Positions 29,373-39,676 of a stretch of DNA of 64,000 nt are shown here, piece by piece. The stretch is from a virus. Taxonomy: Duplodnaviria; Heunggongvirae; Uroviricota; Caudoviricetes. The stretch lies in IMG/VR virus record IMGVR_UViG_3300035696_000002. One strand, given 5' to 3'. Both the position numbers and the translations under genes were made by a program. Position 1 is the first letter of the stretch. Every line of letters starts with the position of its first letter. Under the pieces are notes generated by a model. That model did no database searches and was not told the origin of the DNA. It saw only the letters and a program-made list of their open reading frames with translations.

Positions 29373-31488
29373 CGAAGTCGAGAAGTACGTTACAGACCTG
29401 ACCGCCTACCTACAGGCCGCACGCGACGCCTACTACAAGGCGAATGCCCCCATCATTTCTGATGAGGAGTATGACAAGCAGGAACGCCTCCTCCACAAAA
29501 CGATCCAGAAGTACCCGGAATACGCCGCCATAGCGGCCCCAATTCTCCAGCGAGTCGGTAGCGACATCGTGGCTGGTGGGCGTGTGAAACACACGACGCC
29601 GATGCTCTCCATCGAGAACAAGTACGATGAGAAAGAAGTCACTGGCTGGTTCGTAGACCTGCCGCCCGGCACTGTCCTTTGCGAAGAGCCCAAGTTCGAC
29701 GGCATCTCAGTGGAACTCCGCTACAAGAACCGTGAACTTGTGCAAGCTGTCACTCGCGGTACCGGGGTTGAAGGCGAAGACATCACGCAACAGATCATGG
29801 TCGTGGAATCCATCCCCAAGAAGCTGAACTTGGATTACCGTTTCTCCGAACGGCTCCAGATTCGCGGCGAACTGGTGATGAAGAACTCGACGCTGGAACG
29901 CATCAACGCTGAGGCACGCCGCACAGGCGGCAAAGAGTACTCCAGCACCCGCAACCTGACTGGCGGCACCATGAAGCTGCACGATCTGAATCTGGTTCGC
30001 GACCGCGAAATCCAGATGCGGCCATGGGACGTACTCGGCGGACACGATCTGCCGGACAGCGGCCTCGAACGACTCAGGGAGATCGCTAAGGAAGGGTTCC
30101 CGGAGCCATTAGGGGTGCTCGTTTCTGACGCGGCTTCCGTCGCCTCTGTCCTGAAACAAAAGCTGGCTGAACGTGACACCGTTCTCCGGCAGCAGATGTC
30201 GCTTGAAACCGATGGTGTGGTCATCAAGGTTGACAGCCACAAACTGCGTAAGGAACTCGGCGTCAGCAGCAAGTACACGAACTACCAGATTTGCTTCAAG
30301 CCGCAGTCGGCATCCGGCACCACCTACCTCCGGGCAGTGACGTGGCAGGTTGGCCGCACAGGCAAACTCTCTCCGGTCGCTGAATGTGATTCGGTTATCC
30401 TCGCCGGAGCCAAGATCGAACGTGCGAACCTGAACAACATTAGCTGGATCACCACCATGGGCCTGAAACTCGGGGCCAAGGTGGAAATGCTCCGTTCTGG
30501 TGACGTGATTCCGCAGGTTGTGAAGGTAATCGACGAGGGCGATGAGCCAATCCTGCCGCCGACGAACTGCCCCGAATGTCAGAGCCCGATAGAGGTTCTG
30601 AACGAGGAGCGATCCGGCATCACCACGCACTGGTGCGAGAACAAACTTTGTCCCGGTCGCATCACGGAACTGTTCACGTACATTGCCAGCCGCGACATGC
30701 TGGAGATCGACGGCCTCGGGCCGGAAATGGCCAAATTTATTGCAAAAAACGGGTACGCCCGTGATCTTGCTGAGTTGTTCTCATTCCAAACCGAGGCACT
30801 ATGCGGGCTGACAGACTTAGGCGAAGAGAAGTTCGAGCGGGGGATGGTGAAGCGTGGTTTCGGCGGGGCTGCCGTCCTCAAGATGATTCGATCCATGGAG
30901 AAGGCGAAGAAGGCGGGCTGGGATCGCTGGATCGCCGCACTCGGAATTCCAATGATCGGCAGGACTCACGGCAAGGCGATAGCCAAGGCCCTGTTCCTAC
31001 AACCTGACTCCATGGAGAAGCTGACGACAATGCTGGAGGTCGTCAACACCAAGGAAGTCGAAGGCCTCGGCCCAAGCCGCAAGGAGTCGATTCTGGCGTG
31101 GGCACGCGACGCCGCACATGTGCGGGTCTGCAAGGAACTGTTCACCGCTGGCGTCCGCCCGGCGTCCGTGGGCGGCACTCAGGTGGTCTCTGGGGCACCG
31201 CTGGTTGGTGTCGTGTTCTGCGTGACAGGTGAGCGGGCCGAAATGGACAAAGACCTTCTGGCGGCGAAGCTGGAAAGCCTCGGGGCCGTGAAGAAGTCCG
31301 GCGTCTCGAAGAAAGTCACGCATCTGATTAAACTAGATTCGCCGGGGCACAATAAACTAGCGTATGCACAGGAATTGATCGCCGCTGGCGTCAAGATCGA
31401 GATCGTAGGCTGGGATTGGGTGCTGAAAGCATTTGAATCGGGCGGCATCGAATCGCCGAAAGAGACCTTTGAGATGGAGGAAGTGTGA
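29362..31488 (+). CDS. ligA: NAD-dependent DNA ligase
   Basis: ISDEEYD, EPKFDG adenylation motif, TRG, DGVVIK, GRTG, RSGDVIP, Zn finger, BRCT; TTG start after GGAGGG. Confidence 0.96.
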   Translation: MANSEVEKYVTDLTAYLQAARDAYYKANAPIISDEEYDKQERLLHKTIQKYPEYAAIAAPILQRVGSDIVAGGRVKHTTPMLSIENKYDEKEVTGWFVDLPPGTVLCEEPKFDGISVELRYKNRELVQAVTRGTGVEGEDITQQIMVVESIPKKLNLDYRFSERLQIRGELVMKNSTLERINAEARRTGGKEYSSTRNLTGGTMKLHDLNLVRDREIQMRPWDVLGGHDLPDSGLERLREIAKEGFPEPLGVLVSDAASVASVLKQKLAERDTVLRQQMSLETDGVVIKVDSHKLRKELGVSSKYTNYQICFKPQSASGTTYLRAVTWQVGRTGKLSPVAECDSVILAGAKIERANLNNISWITTMGLKLGAKVEMLRSGDVIPQVVKVIDEGDEPILPPTNCPECQSPIEVLNEERSGITTHWCENKLCPGRITELFTYIASRDMLEIDGLGPEMAKFIAKNGYARDLAELFSFQTEALCGLTDLGEEKFERGMVKRGFGGAAVLKMIRSMEKAKKAGWDRWIAALGIPMIGRTHGKAIAKALFLQPDSMEKLTTMLEVVNTKEVEGLGPSRKESILAWARDAAHVRVCKELFTAGVRPASVGGTQVVSGAPLVGVVFCVTGERAEMDKDLLAAKLESLGAVKKSGVSKKVTHLIKLDSPGHNKLAYAQELIAAGVKIEIVGWDWVLKAFESGGIESPKETFEMEEV

Positions 31489-31553
31489 AGAAGCTATCCG
31501 AATTGCTTTGGATCAGCGTAGCCGCCATCCCTGTGGCCCTGCTCCTCGTCGAG

Positions 31554-31582
31554 TTGACAAAACTCCAAGCGTTAGCGATAAT
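31554..31582 (+). promoter_or_regulatory. Sigma70-like promoter
   Basis: TTGACA-17 nt-GATAAT then GAGGAGG SD for ATG 31598. Confidence 0.7.
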
Positions 31583-31776
31583 GGTGAGGAGGTAGATATG
31601 AGATATTACGAATTGAAAGGTTCTGGCAGACTAGCCGAAATCACCGAGGGCGAGTACGAATTCGTCATGCGGAAAGCAGTACGCCTCGCGTTTCACGAAG
31701 AGATGCGGACGCCCATGCACGGCTTCAACTACCTCGGTGTGGCGTACATCTGCTTGGAGGGAGAGCCGAGGTACTG

Positions 31777-32499
31777 ATGACAGGCAAACTCACAGCACGC
31801 ACTTGGAATCGCGGCGAAGAGCCCGTGGATTTCGTGTGGGACGGCACCTTCAAGTTCGACGATGTCATTGAGGGTGTACGTGTGCTCCTCGAAACCAAGG
31901 ACTTTGCAAAGATCGTGGATGCGGAGAACAAAGTCATCCTCTACTACCGGGCCTTTACCGACCCGTACCGAGGCCGTCTGACCGCATGCGGTATGAGCGT
32001 GCCAGAGTGCAACGTTCGCTTCCGGCAACTCAAGGCCGAAGCCGCCAAGAAAGTTTTCACGCCTCGGGAACTCTATGATCTGAAACCAGCCGACGTGTCG
32101 TACTACCTCGACTATTTGCTCAACCCACACCTGCCGGAAGTCTACGACGCCATGGATTTCAATTACAAAGAGGCGGAGCAGATGCAACGGATTGAGATTC
32201 GTGTTCTCGCGGATCAAATCGTCAGCGGCGACCGTGTCTGGACGCTGGCAACGATCTGGTTCGACGGTGATCCGGTCATGGTGGTCAACAGCGGCGAGGA
32301 TCGACACGATCACAGGCGGTGGATTACCAACAAATTTCTTTTCGAGGAAATGGTGAAATGGCTCCGGTCATTCCTGCCCACCGTCATCGAAGAGGATTTC
32401 GTGGATGAAGACACCATCATCCCGGCCATGACGGAATTCAACAATTCAACCCTGCATCGGTTTTACGATGCGGAGAAACAGGAAGCTGTCAATGCCTGA
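31777..32499 (+). CDS. Hypothetical protein
   Basis: TGATG coupling, 240 aa. Confidence 0.65.
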   Translation: MTGKLTARTWNRGEEPVDFVWDGTFKFDDVIEGVRVLLETKDFAKIVDAENKVILYYRAFTDPYRGRLTACGMSVPECNVRFRQLKAEAAKKVFTPRELYDLKPADVSYYLDYLLNPHLPEVYDAMDFNYKEAEQMQRIEIRVLADQIVSGDRVWTLATIWFDGDPVMVVNSGEDRHDHRRWITNKFLFEEMVKWLRSFLPTVIEEDFVDEDTIIPAMTEFNNSTLHRFYDAEKQEAVNA

Positions 32500-32862
32500 G
32501 TCGGACTACACTTGGAACCAGCTAGAATGGGAAATCCAGAACAAGGAAGCTGAACTCCGGGGCATGAAGGCCGCTTTGGAAAACCTGCGGCGTCGATGCC
32601 AGCACAAGTGGGGCAAAACAGAGTACACCCCGGACTATCAGCCGGGTTACCGGATTGAGGGCGATCCGCCCGGCACCATGGGGGTTGACTGGCGGGGGCC
32701 TATGTGGGTAGACTCAAAGACGACCCCGAAATGGACTCGTAAGTGCTCAGAATGTGGGCTGAAACAGGTGACCGAACGGACTTCGGACAAGGTTGAAAAA
32801 ATTCCTGTTTTCTAGTCAGGTTTTTGTGGTACACTTCTTGAAACGTCGCAGGAGACGAAATT

Positions 32863-33546
32863 ATGTCACTTTTGGATGCAATTAAGCACGCAGCATTTGA
32901 AGACGAGGCACCAGCACCGAAGCCTGTAGCGAAGCCCACGTCGGCCTTTCACGCTGCCACACAGACCTATTCTCCGGGAGCCGCAGCACCCGCCCCGGCA
33001 TTCAGCCCGACACCCAACTCTTCCATTCCGAATTACGGTGCCCCGGCTCCGGTCGTTGTCGATGAGGCTGTCTATCAGCACATTTTCGAAAAGACAGACT
33101 TCGAGAACACGAGCGTGATGAAGACCATCCACAAGTACCTTGATGCGATGGCGAATCTGCCGCTCGATCAGAACACCAAGTTCAAGACGGCGGTCACTCA
33201 GGCTCAGTCGATTGACCACATTACGCCCGACCAGATTCTCGGGGCGTTCGACACGCTCAAGGCAACGCTCCAGAGCGAAGCCACTGAATTCTCCAGTCAC
33301 TCCGACACATTCACTCAACAGGAAATCACTGCCCGGCAGACGAAGCTGCAAAGCATCGCAGACACCATTGCCCGGAAGCAGAAAGAGATCGCCGACCTGC
33401 AAGCGACGCACACGCAGGTTTCGGCGGAATTGGCAAACGCGACGGCGACCGCTGCCAACGCACAGACCCAGTTCCAGCTTGCAACACAGCGTCGCAGCAA
33501 CGAGATCGACCAGCAGAAGGCACAGTTCGCAAGCCTCCTGCGGTAA
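32863..33546 (+). CDS. Coiled-coil protein (first gene of SBP-OmpA/ABC module)
   Basis: Pro/Ala linker plus long heptad-rich C-terminus; AGGAG SD. Confidence 0.75.
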   Translation: MSLLDAIKHAAFEDEAPAPKPVAKPTSAFHAATQTYSPGAAAPAPAFSPTPNSSIPNYGAPAPVVVDEAVYQHIFEKTDFENTSVMKTIHKYLDAMANLPLDQNTKFKTAVTQAQSIDHITPDQILGAFDTLKATLQSEATEFSSHSDTFTQQEITARQTKLQSIADTIARKQKEIADLQATHTQVSAELANATATAANAQTQFQLATQRRSNEIDQQKAQFASLLR

Positions 33547-33582
33547 CGAAAAAGACCCGACAGGGAAAAGGAAAAAATCATC

Positions 33583-34677
33583 ATGGGTGCATTGACCACG
33601 ACTCCTAGCTTTTCGAACTACACGCCGAAGTCCTTCTGGAAGAAACCAGAAAGCGGCCCCGGCTATCTGCTCCTCGCTGGTCTGATCGGCGGCGGGCTCT
33701 ACGGCCTGTTTCTAGCCCTCCCCTTCCTCCTCACGATTGTGTGGGGGACGGTTAACCTTGTCATCGGTGTTGCCGTTCTCGCTCTGATCGGCTACGTCGT
33801 GATGAACAAGACGATCCAGACCCTTGCACGAAACATTTTCCAGTCGGTCTGCCGGGGCATCGCGACGCTGTACACCACGATTGACCCCATCGGCATCTTG
33901 AAGAACCAGTTGGACGACGCCAAGACGGAGAAGGCCCAGTTGGACGCTACCGTCAATCGTTTCGCCGGAAGCGACGAAAATCTGCGTGAGGCCATCGACA
34001 AAAATAACAAGCAAATCCAGCAGGACATGGCGAACGCGGCCAGTGCGGCCCGGAAGGCAGCTTCACTCGTTGGCAACGACCCGAACACCAATCTCAAGCG
34101 TGAGCAGATTTTGGCGGAGAAGGGCAACTACGAGGAAGAGGCCGGGCTGTTGATGCAGAACAACAAACAGTTGCAGGCCCTCGAAGAAACGACGGCAAAC
34201 ATGCTCGATACGTTCCGTCACTGGAGCATCGTCGCCGACGCCAAGATCGTCCGCATGGGAATGCGGGTGGACTTGCTGAGCAAGCAGCGTAAGGTCGTGC
34301 TCGAAGCCAAGAAGGCCCTGAGCATCGGTCAGCGTCTCTTGCAGGGCGACACCGAACAGCAGAAGATGGTCGATGCAGCTATCGACTACCTCGCCGAGGA
34401 TGCAGCACGCACCGTTGGCGAAATCAAGGAATTCAACCGCACGTCCGACCGGATGCTCACGAAGATCGACATCGAGAACGGTGCCAATGCTGAACTGGCT
34501 CGGGCTCAGTTTGCCGATTTCAGCCAGAAGTTGCTGGCGTCCAGCAATGCACCTTCGGCAGCAGACGAGTTGTCAGGCGTGATCGGCGGGCCTATCCCGG
34601 TCGCCGAGGCAGTCCCCGTGGGTCGCAGCACGTCGGCCAGCGGCGGCAGCAGCTTCAACTATTTCGACAAGCAGTAG
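33583..34677 (+). CDS. Membrane-anchored long coiled-coil protein (PspA/IM30-like character)
   Basis: 2 TMs, IDPIGIL then about 230 aa of coiled coil. Confidence 0.7.
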   Translation: MGALTTTPSFSNYTPKSFWKKPESGPGYLLLAGLIGGGLYGLFLALPFLLTIVWGTVNLVIGVAVLALIGYVVMNKTIQTLARNIFQSVCRGIATLYTTIDPIGILKNQLDDAKTEKAQLDATVNRFAGSDENLREAIDKNNKQIQQDMANAASAARKAASLVGNDPNTNLKREQILAEKGNYEEEAGLLMQNNKQLQALEETTANMLDTFRHWSIVADAKIVRMGMRVDLLSKQRKVVLEAKKALSIGQRLLQGDTEQQKMVDAAIDYLAEDAARTVGEIKEFNRTSDRMLTKIDIENGANAELARAQFADFSQKLLASSNAPSAADELSGVIGGPIPVAEAVPVGRSTSASGGSSFNYFDKQ

Positions 34678-34712
34678 ACATTCCGGCTCGGTATGGTATA
34701 ATCCATACCGAG
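34675..34712 (+). promoter_or_regulatory. Promoter with -10 box in the loop of a perfect inverted repeat
   Basis: TAGACA (34675); CTCGGTATGG-TATAAT-CCATACCGAG. Confidence 0.6.
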
Positions 34713-34743
34713 TCGTAAAACACTTTCAGGAGAAGAAGATATT

Positions 34744-36576
34744 ATGAAACTCAAACCGCAAGCAAAGTTGGCGTTGATCGTGGTCGGTGGACTGGCACTC
34801 GTGTTCGGCCTCCGCACCTTGGCCTCATACGGAATTATTCCGACACCGGGCTTCGCAAAGGCTCTGGTGCCGCAACGTGCAATCCTCCCCGACGTGAAGG
34901 ATGCTCAAGTTCAGAACGTCGCCCCGGTCGCCCTCCCGCAGGACGCTCCGGCCTCAGTTCAGTCCACGTTGATCCGTGGCGTGATCTGGGAATGGAATGC
35001 TCAGTTGGGTCTGCTCTTCGCCAATGGCGGGCCGCAGACGACTGCTGGCTCCCTGATGGCAAAGCGTAACGTCAATCTGCTCCTCTATCGTCAGGACATC
35101 ACCGACAAGATGATCGAAGACCTGAACGCCTGTGCCGCCGAGATCAAGGGCGGAGCTACACAGTGCGACACGGGTGCGAACTTCGCCATCATCATGGGTG
35201 ACGGTTCCGGGCAATTCGCCGCAGCGATCAATCCCTCGCTCTCCAAGCTTGGGCCGCAGTACAAAGTGATCGTGATCGGTGCCGCTGGCTACAGCCGTGG
35301 TGAGGATGCCTTCTTGGCTCCGCCAGAGGTTAAGGCCAACCCGAAGGCTGCAAAGGGCCTGCTGGTTGAAGGCGTGCTCCGCGATGGCGACTGGAATATC
35401 GCCATGAAGTGGGCTGCTGACAACGGCATCCCGAACAACCCGGACGAGAAGACCTACGATCCAGACGCGATCAATTGGGTCAACGCTCCCGACTACAACA
35501 CGGCTGCCGCCGATTACGTTGCTGAAAAGCCTGTCACTTTGAAGGTTGTTCACAACGGTCGTCCGACTGGCGAAACCAAGACCATGAAGGTCAATGCCAT
35601 CGTGACGTGGACGCCGGGCGACGTGACTGCCGTCAAGCAAAAGGGCGGACTGGTCAAGGTCGTGTCCTCGAAGCAATACAAGTCGCAGATGCCTGCTGTC
35701 ATCATCGGGCCGAAGAAATTCTTCACGGACAACCGCGAGGAAATCAGCAACATGCTTGCTGCCATGATGGAAGGCGGCGATCAGGTGAAGGCGTTTGAGA
35801 AGTCGCTCCGCAAGGCCGCTCAGATTTCATCCGCCGTCTACAAAGACGAGGGTGAAGAGGGTGCGACCAACGGCGACTTCTGGTACAACATGTACAAGAG
35901 CGTCCCGTACAAGGATCAGACCACTGGCGAGACCGTGATTCTCGGCGGCTCGGCTGTGAACAACCTTGACGACAACCTTATCCTGTTCGGCATGAAGCCG
36001 GGCCTGAACGATAACTTCTCCTCGACCTACCGGGTCTTTGCGGGAATCGTCGCTCAGCAATATCCGCAGATCGTGAAGGAAACCCCGATCCCCGACGTGA
36101 AGGAAGTTGAAGACAAGACCTTCGTGAAGGCGGCTCAGGACATCCTCGAAGCGGCCAACGACACTGGCTCTGAGGCGGAAACCACGTCCTACTCGGCACA
36201 GGCTTCTGCCGACGTGATCGGACACCGGGCCTATCAGATTCAGTTCGCGACCGGGTCGGCGGCATTGACGGATGAAGGCAAGGCTACCGTCCAGCAGTTG
36301 AAGGATAGCATCGCCATCACCAGTGCCTTCGTCAAGATCGACGGCTACACGGATAACACGGGCAGCGATTCCGTGAACATCCCCCTGTCTCGGGCTCGTG
36401 CGGCCTCCGTGGCGGCTTATCTCCACGAACTGGCACCGAAGAACTTCCCGACCGCAGGGCCGAACAAGCGGTTCAGCACGGATGGACACGGTTCCTTGAA
36501 CCCTGTCGTGCCGAACACGACCGCTGAGAACAAGGCTCAGAACCGCCGCGTGGAAATCACGCTGACGGGCAACTAA
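34744..36576 (+). CDS. Periplasmic substrate-binding domain fused to OmpA C-terminal peptidoglycan-binding domain
   Basis: N-terminal anchor; GYSRGEDA, IVTWTP (NitT/TauT-type SBP-like); IQFATGS..GYTDNTG..LSRARA..NRRVEI. Confidence 0.85.
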   Translation: MKLKPQAKLALIVVGGLALVFGLRTLASYGIIPTPGFAKALVPQRAILPDVKDAQVQNVAPVALPQDAPASVQSTLIRGVIWEWNAQLGLLFANGGPQTTAGSLMAKRNVNLLLYRQDITDKMIEDLNACAAEIKGGATQCDTGANFAIIMGDGSGQFAAAINPSLSKLGPQYKVIVIGAAGYSRGEDAFLAPPEVKANPKAAKGLLVEGVLRDGDWNIAMKWAADNGIPNNPDEKTYDPDAINWVNAPDYNTAAADYVAEKPVTLKVVHNGRPTGETKTMKVNAIVTWTPGDVTAVKQKGGLVKVVSSKQYKSQMPAVIIGPKKFFTDNREEISNMLAAMMEGGDQVKAFEKSLRKAAQISSAVYKDEGEEGATNGDFWYNMYKSVPYKDQTTGETVILGGSAVNNLDDNLILFGMKPGLNDNFSSTYRVFAGIVAQQYPQIVKETPIPDVKEVEDKTFVKAAQDILEAANDTGSEAETTSYSAQASADVIGHRAYQIQFATGSAALTDEGKATVQQLKDSIAITSAFVKIDGYTDNTGSDSVNIPLSRARAASVAAYLHELAPKNFPTAGPNKRFSTDGHGSLNPVVPNTTAENKAQNRRVEITLTGN

Positions 36577-36597
36577 GCCGGGAGTGCTTTATAAGAT

Positions 36598-36629
36598 GGG
36601 GCGGGCTTCGGCTCGCCCCTTTCATTTTT
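36598..36629 (+). terminator. Intrinsic terminator
   Basis: GGGGCGGGC-TTCG-GCTCGCCCC followed by TTTCATTTTT. Confidence 0.85.
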
Positions 36630-36632
36630 CGT

Positions 36633-36662
36633 TTGACATCAAGGCTCAGTAGTTAGTATGAT
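36633..36662 (+). promoter_or_regulatory. Sigma70-like promoter
   Basis: TTGACA-18 nt-TATGAT. Confidence 0.7.
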
Positions 36663-36671
36663 GGAGAGGTT

Positions 36672-36788
36672 ATGAACAACAGACAACCAGAAGGGCCGGG
36701 CGTTTTATTGACACTCCTGATCGTTGCCTGCATCATCGGCTGGATACTTTGGGGGCTGAATGCACTGGGGTGGTTGCCAACGCTATGA
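36672..36788 (+). CDS. 38-aa single-TM microprotein
   Basis: GGAGAGG SD; ATGA coupling to permease; not in ORF track. Confidence 0.55.
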   Translation: MNNRQPEGPGVLLTLLIVACIIGWILWGLNALGWLPTL

Positions 36789-37570
36789 ACGATTTTCTCG
36801 CAGCATTCACACCGAACAAGGTGATCTCGAAGACCACGCTTAAGACGCTGGTCGGCGTCCAAGTCGCGATCTTTTTCGCACTGTGGTTCTTCTCGCCATT
36901 TGTTTTTCTGCCGACCATGACCGAGACGTGGAACGCTTTCGTCGAACAATGGGGGCAGGGCCTCGGCGGCGAACTGCTGACCAGCTTGTACGCCAACGTT
37001 GAGGCTATCGGCGTGGCCAGCTTGATTTCTCTTCTGCTTGCTTACGGCACCACCATGGCGGGATTTCGCCCTGTAGTCACGGTGCTCAGTAAGCTGCGTT
37101 TCCTGTCGATGGTTGGCCTCAGCTTTTTCTTCACCACCGCCACGCACAGTTCACACCAACTCAAAATCTGCATGCTCGTATTCTCTATCTCGGTGTTCTA
37201 CGTTACCGGGATGGCAGACGTAATCGAGAGCATCCCACAGGAACAGTACGACCTTGCCCGTACCCTGCGTAAGGGGCCGTGGGAGACCGTGTGGGAGGTT
37301 GTCGTGCTCGGGCAGATAGACAAGGCGTTCGATGTGCTCCGGCAAAATGCGGCCATCGGCTGGATGATGCTAACCATGATCGAGGGCATGACCCGCACTG
37401 ATGGCGGCATTGGTGCAATGCTCCTCAACGCCAACAAACACTTCTACCTGCCTGCCGTGCTGGCAATTCAGATCACCATTCTGTTGCTCGGCTTGGGACA
37501 GGACTACATGATCGGCGTGACGAAAAACTTACTCTGCCCATACGCGGCATTAACGGCGGTGAAGAAATGA
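36785..37570 (+). CDS. ABC transporter permease (NitT/TauT-type)
   Basis: About 6 TMs; EAA-like loop EQYDLARTL; IGWMMLTMIE..GGIG. Confidence 0.88.
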   Translation: MNDFLAAFTPNKVISKTTLKTLVGVQVAIFFALWFFSPFVFLPTMTETWNAFVEQWGQGLGGELLTSLYANVEAIGVASLISLLLAYGTTMAGFRPVVTVLSKLRFLSMVGLSFFFTTATHSSHQLKICMLVFSISVFYVTGMADVIESIPQEQYDLARTLRKGPWETVWEVVVLGQIDKAFDVLRQNAAIGWMMLTMIEGMTRTDGGIGAMLLNANKHFYLPAVLAIQITILLLGLGQDYMIGVTKNLLCPYAALTAVKK

Positions 37571-38403
37571 CGGAATTGTTGAAGTGGTTTCTGAACTGGA
37601 TCAGCCAAGGCGACAACATCTGGATTGCCATTCTGATCGGTGGGGCAATTACCACCATCATCTACACCGGGAGCGAGGCTCTGGTGAAGATCATCCGGGA
37701 ACTGAAAAGAAAGTAGCATGTTCAACGTCGGCGACAAAGTAACGCGGATGATGGGAGGTTCGATTCCCATGGAGTTGACCGTAACGGCGGTCACCGAAGA
37801 CCGCATCATCTGCGGGCCGTGGGAGTTTGACAAACGCACCGGGGCTGAGATCGACGAAGATTTTGGATGGGGGCCGGGGTTCTCCGGTAGCTACATCCAA
37901 GTGCCCGGCGTCACATATATCTCATTGGAGAAATAGTATGCTGCCTGCAATCAAAGAAGTGATCGAGAAGCACGTCATGGCATACGGCCCCAATCGGAAG
38001 GGCTGCGTCATGTACATGACTGACGGCGTCCGCAAGGCTGCCGACGAACTCGGGATCAGCTATGAAGCCGCCAAGGAATTGGTGCGTTGCTGGATCAGCG
38101 AGGAGTTCTGATGCCCCGACTGCGGGTCAAGGTCGTGATCGAACGCATGTACGCCATGCAGGAGTGGAACAACGACTTGATCGGGTCGGTGGTCAACTTC
38201 GACACGGGGGAACGTTTGCCGGACTTCATGTCCTTCAAGCTGGTAGCCGTGGTCGGAGGTCAGGCTGTCGGCGTCTCGGGGCCGCTGCCTTATCTGACTG
38301 AGATGCGGGGTGAGGTCACCTATCACGACCCCTCGGATTCCGGTAAGATGATTACGCAATATGTGGAAGTCACAGAAATGACAGTTCGGACGGTGAAACC
38401 CTA

Positions 38404-39282
38404 ATGCCAGCACTCTACCCATATAGCTACGGTCAAACGTTGCTCAAGGTCGAAAACGTCAGTCTATCCGCCTCGGCGGACGGTACCCGCTTGCTTGAAA
38501 AGGAAGAGCCGGGCAGCCGTCCCATCCTAAAGAACGTCAACGCTGAGGTCAAGAAGATCATCCGGCCTGACCACATTCAGGGGCAGGTCGTCGGCTTTAT
38601 CGGCCCCTCCGGTATTGGCAAAACGCAACTGTTCCGCATTATCGCCGGGCTCAACAAGCCGACAACGGGGATTGTGACCACGAACGGCAACACCCGCCCG
38701 GTACAGGCCGGGGAAGTGGGCGTCGTGGCCCAGAACTACCCCCTGTTCGCTCACCGCTCCGTGCTCGGAAACCTGATGCAGGCGGCAGCCAAGAAAGAGA
38801 AGGACGCCAAGGTCGCCAAAGACAAGATCATGACGTTTCTGAGCGAATTCGAACTGGCAGACAAGATTCATCTGTACCCGGCTCAGCTATCGGGCGGACA
38901 ACGCCAGCGTATCGCTATCATCCAACAAATTCTGTGCTCTGAGCACTATCTGCTCATGGACGAACCGTTCTCCGGCCTCGACATCATCGTGGAAGGCAAG
39001 GCGACCGAACTCATCATGAAGGTTGCCAACATGGATGACCTGAATACGGTGATTGTCGTGACGCACGACATCTCCGCCGCCGCTTCCATCGCCGACCATA
39101 TCTGGGCTTTGGGCCGGGAGCACGACGAACAGGGCAACCCGATTCCGGGGGCCTCTATCGTCAAGACCTACGACCTGATTGAGCGTGGCTTGTGCTGGGA
39201 TCAAGTCAGCGAACACGCCATGACAAGGCCGCAGATGGTTGAATTCATCCGGGAAGTCAAAGACGACTTCTATCATTTCTGA
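38404..39282 (+). CDS. ABC transporter ATP-binding subunit (NitT/TauT-type)
   Basis: GPSGIGKT, Q-loop, YPAQLSGGQRQR, LLMDEPFSGLD, VTHD. Confidence 0.95.
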   Translation: MPALYPYSYGQTLLKVENVSLSASADGTRLLEKEEPGSRPILKNVNAEVKKIIRPDHIQGQVVGFIGPSGIGKTQLFRIIAGLNKPTTGIVTTNGNTRPVQAGEVGVVAQNYPLFAHRSVLGNLMQAAAKKEKDAKVAKDKIMTFLSEFELADKIHLYPAQLSGGQRQRIAIIQQILCSEHYLLMDEPFSGLDIIVEGKATELIMKVANMDDLNTVIVVTHDISAAASIADHIWALGREHDEQGNPIPGASIVKTYDLIERGLCWDQVSEHAMTRPQMVEFIREVKDDFYHF

Positions 39283-39289
39283 GGGGAAT

Positions 39290-39676
39290 ATGGCAAAGAA
39301 GAGGTTGAACAAAAACGCGAAAGCGTGGATCGCCGCTCTACGTAGCGGGAAGTTTCGCCAAGCTACGCAACATCTGGGCTATCGCGGGGCGTATTGCTGC
39401 CTCGGCGTGGCCTGTGAACTCGCTGCCAAGGCCGGGGTCATCCCGGCACGTGTCATCGAGAACAAAGTCTATGCCTACGGTACGGACGAAGAGGGCCGGG
39501 AAACCGGGACGCTGCCCCAATCTGTTCAGGACTGGTTGGGCCTGAACGATGCGAGTGGGAGCTATCAGGACAAGGACGGCAAAAACCTCGACCTGACCGT
39601 GTTGAACGATGAAGGCGTGAAATTCAAGGAAATCGCCGACGTAATCGAGAGCCGTCCTCAAGGTTTGTTTGCATAA
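39290..39676 (+). CDS. Hypothetical phage protein
   Basis: WIAALRSG..YCCLGVAC..LND.G..FKEIADVIE pattern. Confidence 0.7.
   Translation: MAKKRLNKNAKAWIAALRSGKFRQATQHLGYRGAYCCLGVACELAAKAGVIPARVIENKVYAYGTDEEGRETGTLPQSVQDWLGLNDASGSYQDKDGKNLDLTVLNDEGVKFKEIADVIESRPQGLFA

Noticed and set aside
28887-31488. HNH gene as part of an intron or intein in ligA
   Set aside because: The ligase reads uninterrupted with all domains; the HNH gene is free-standing upstream
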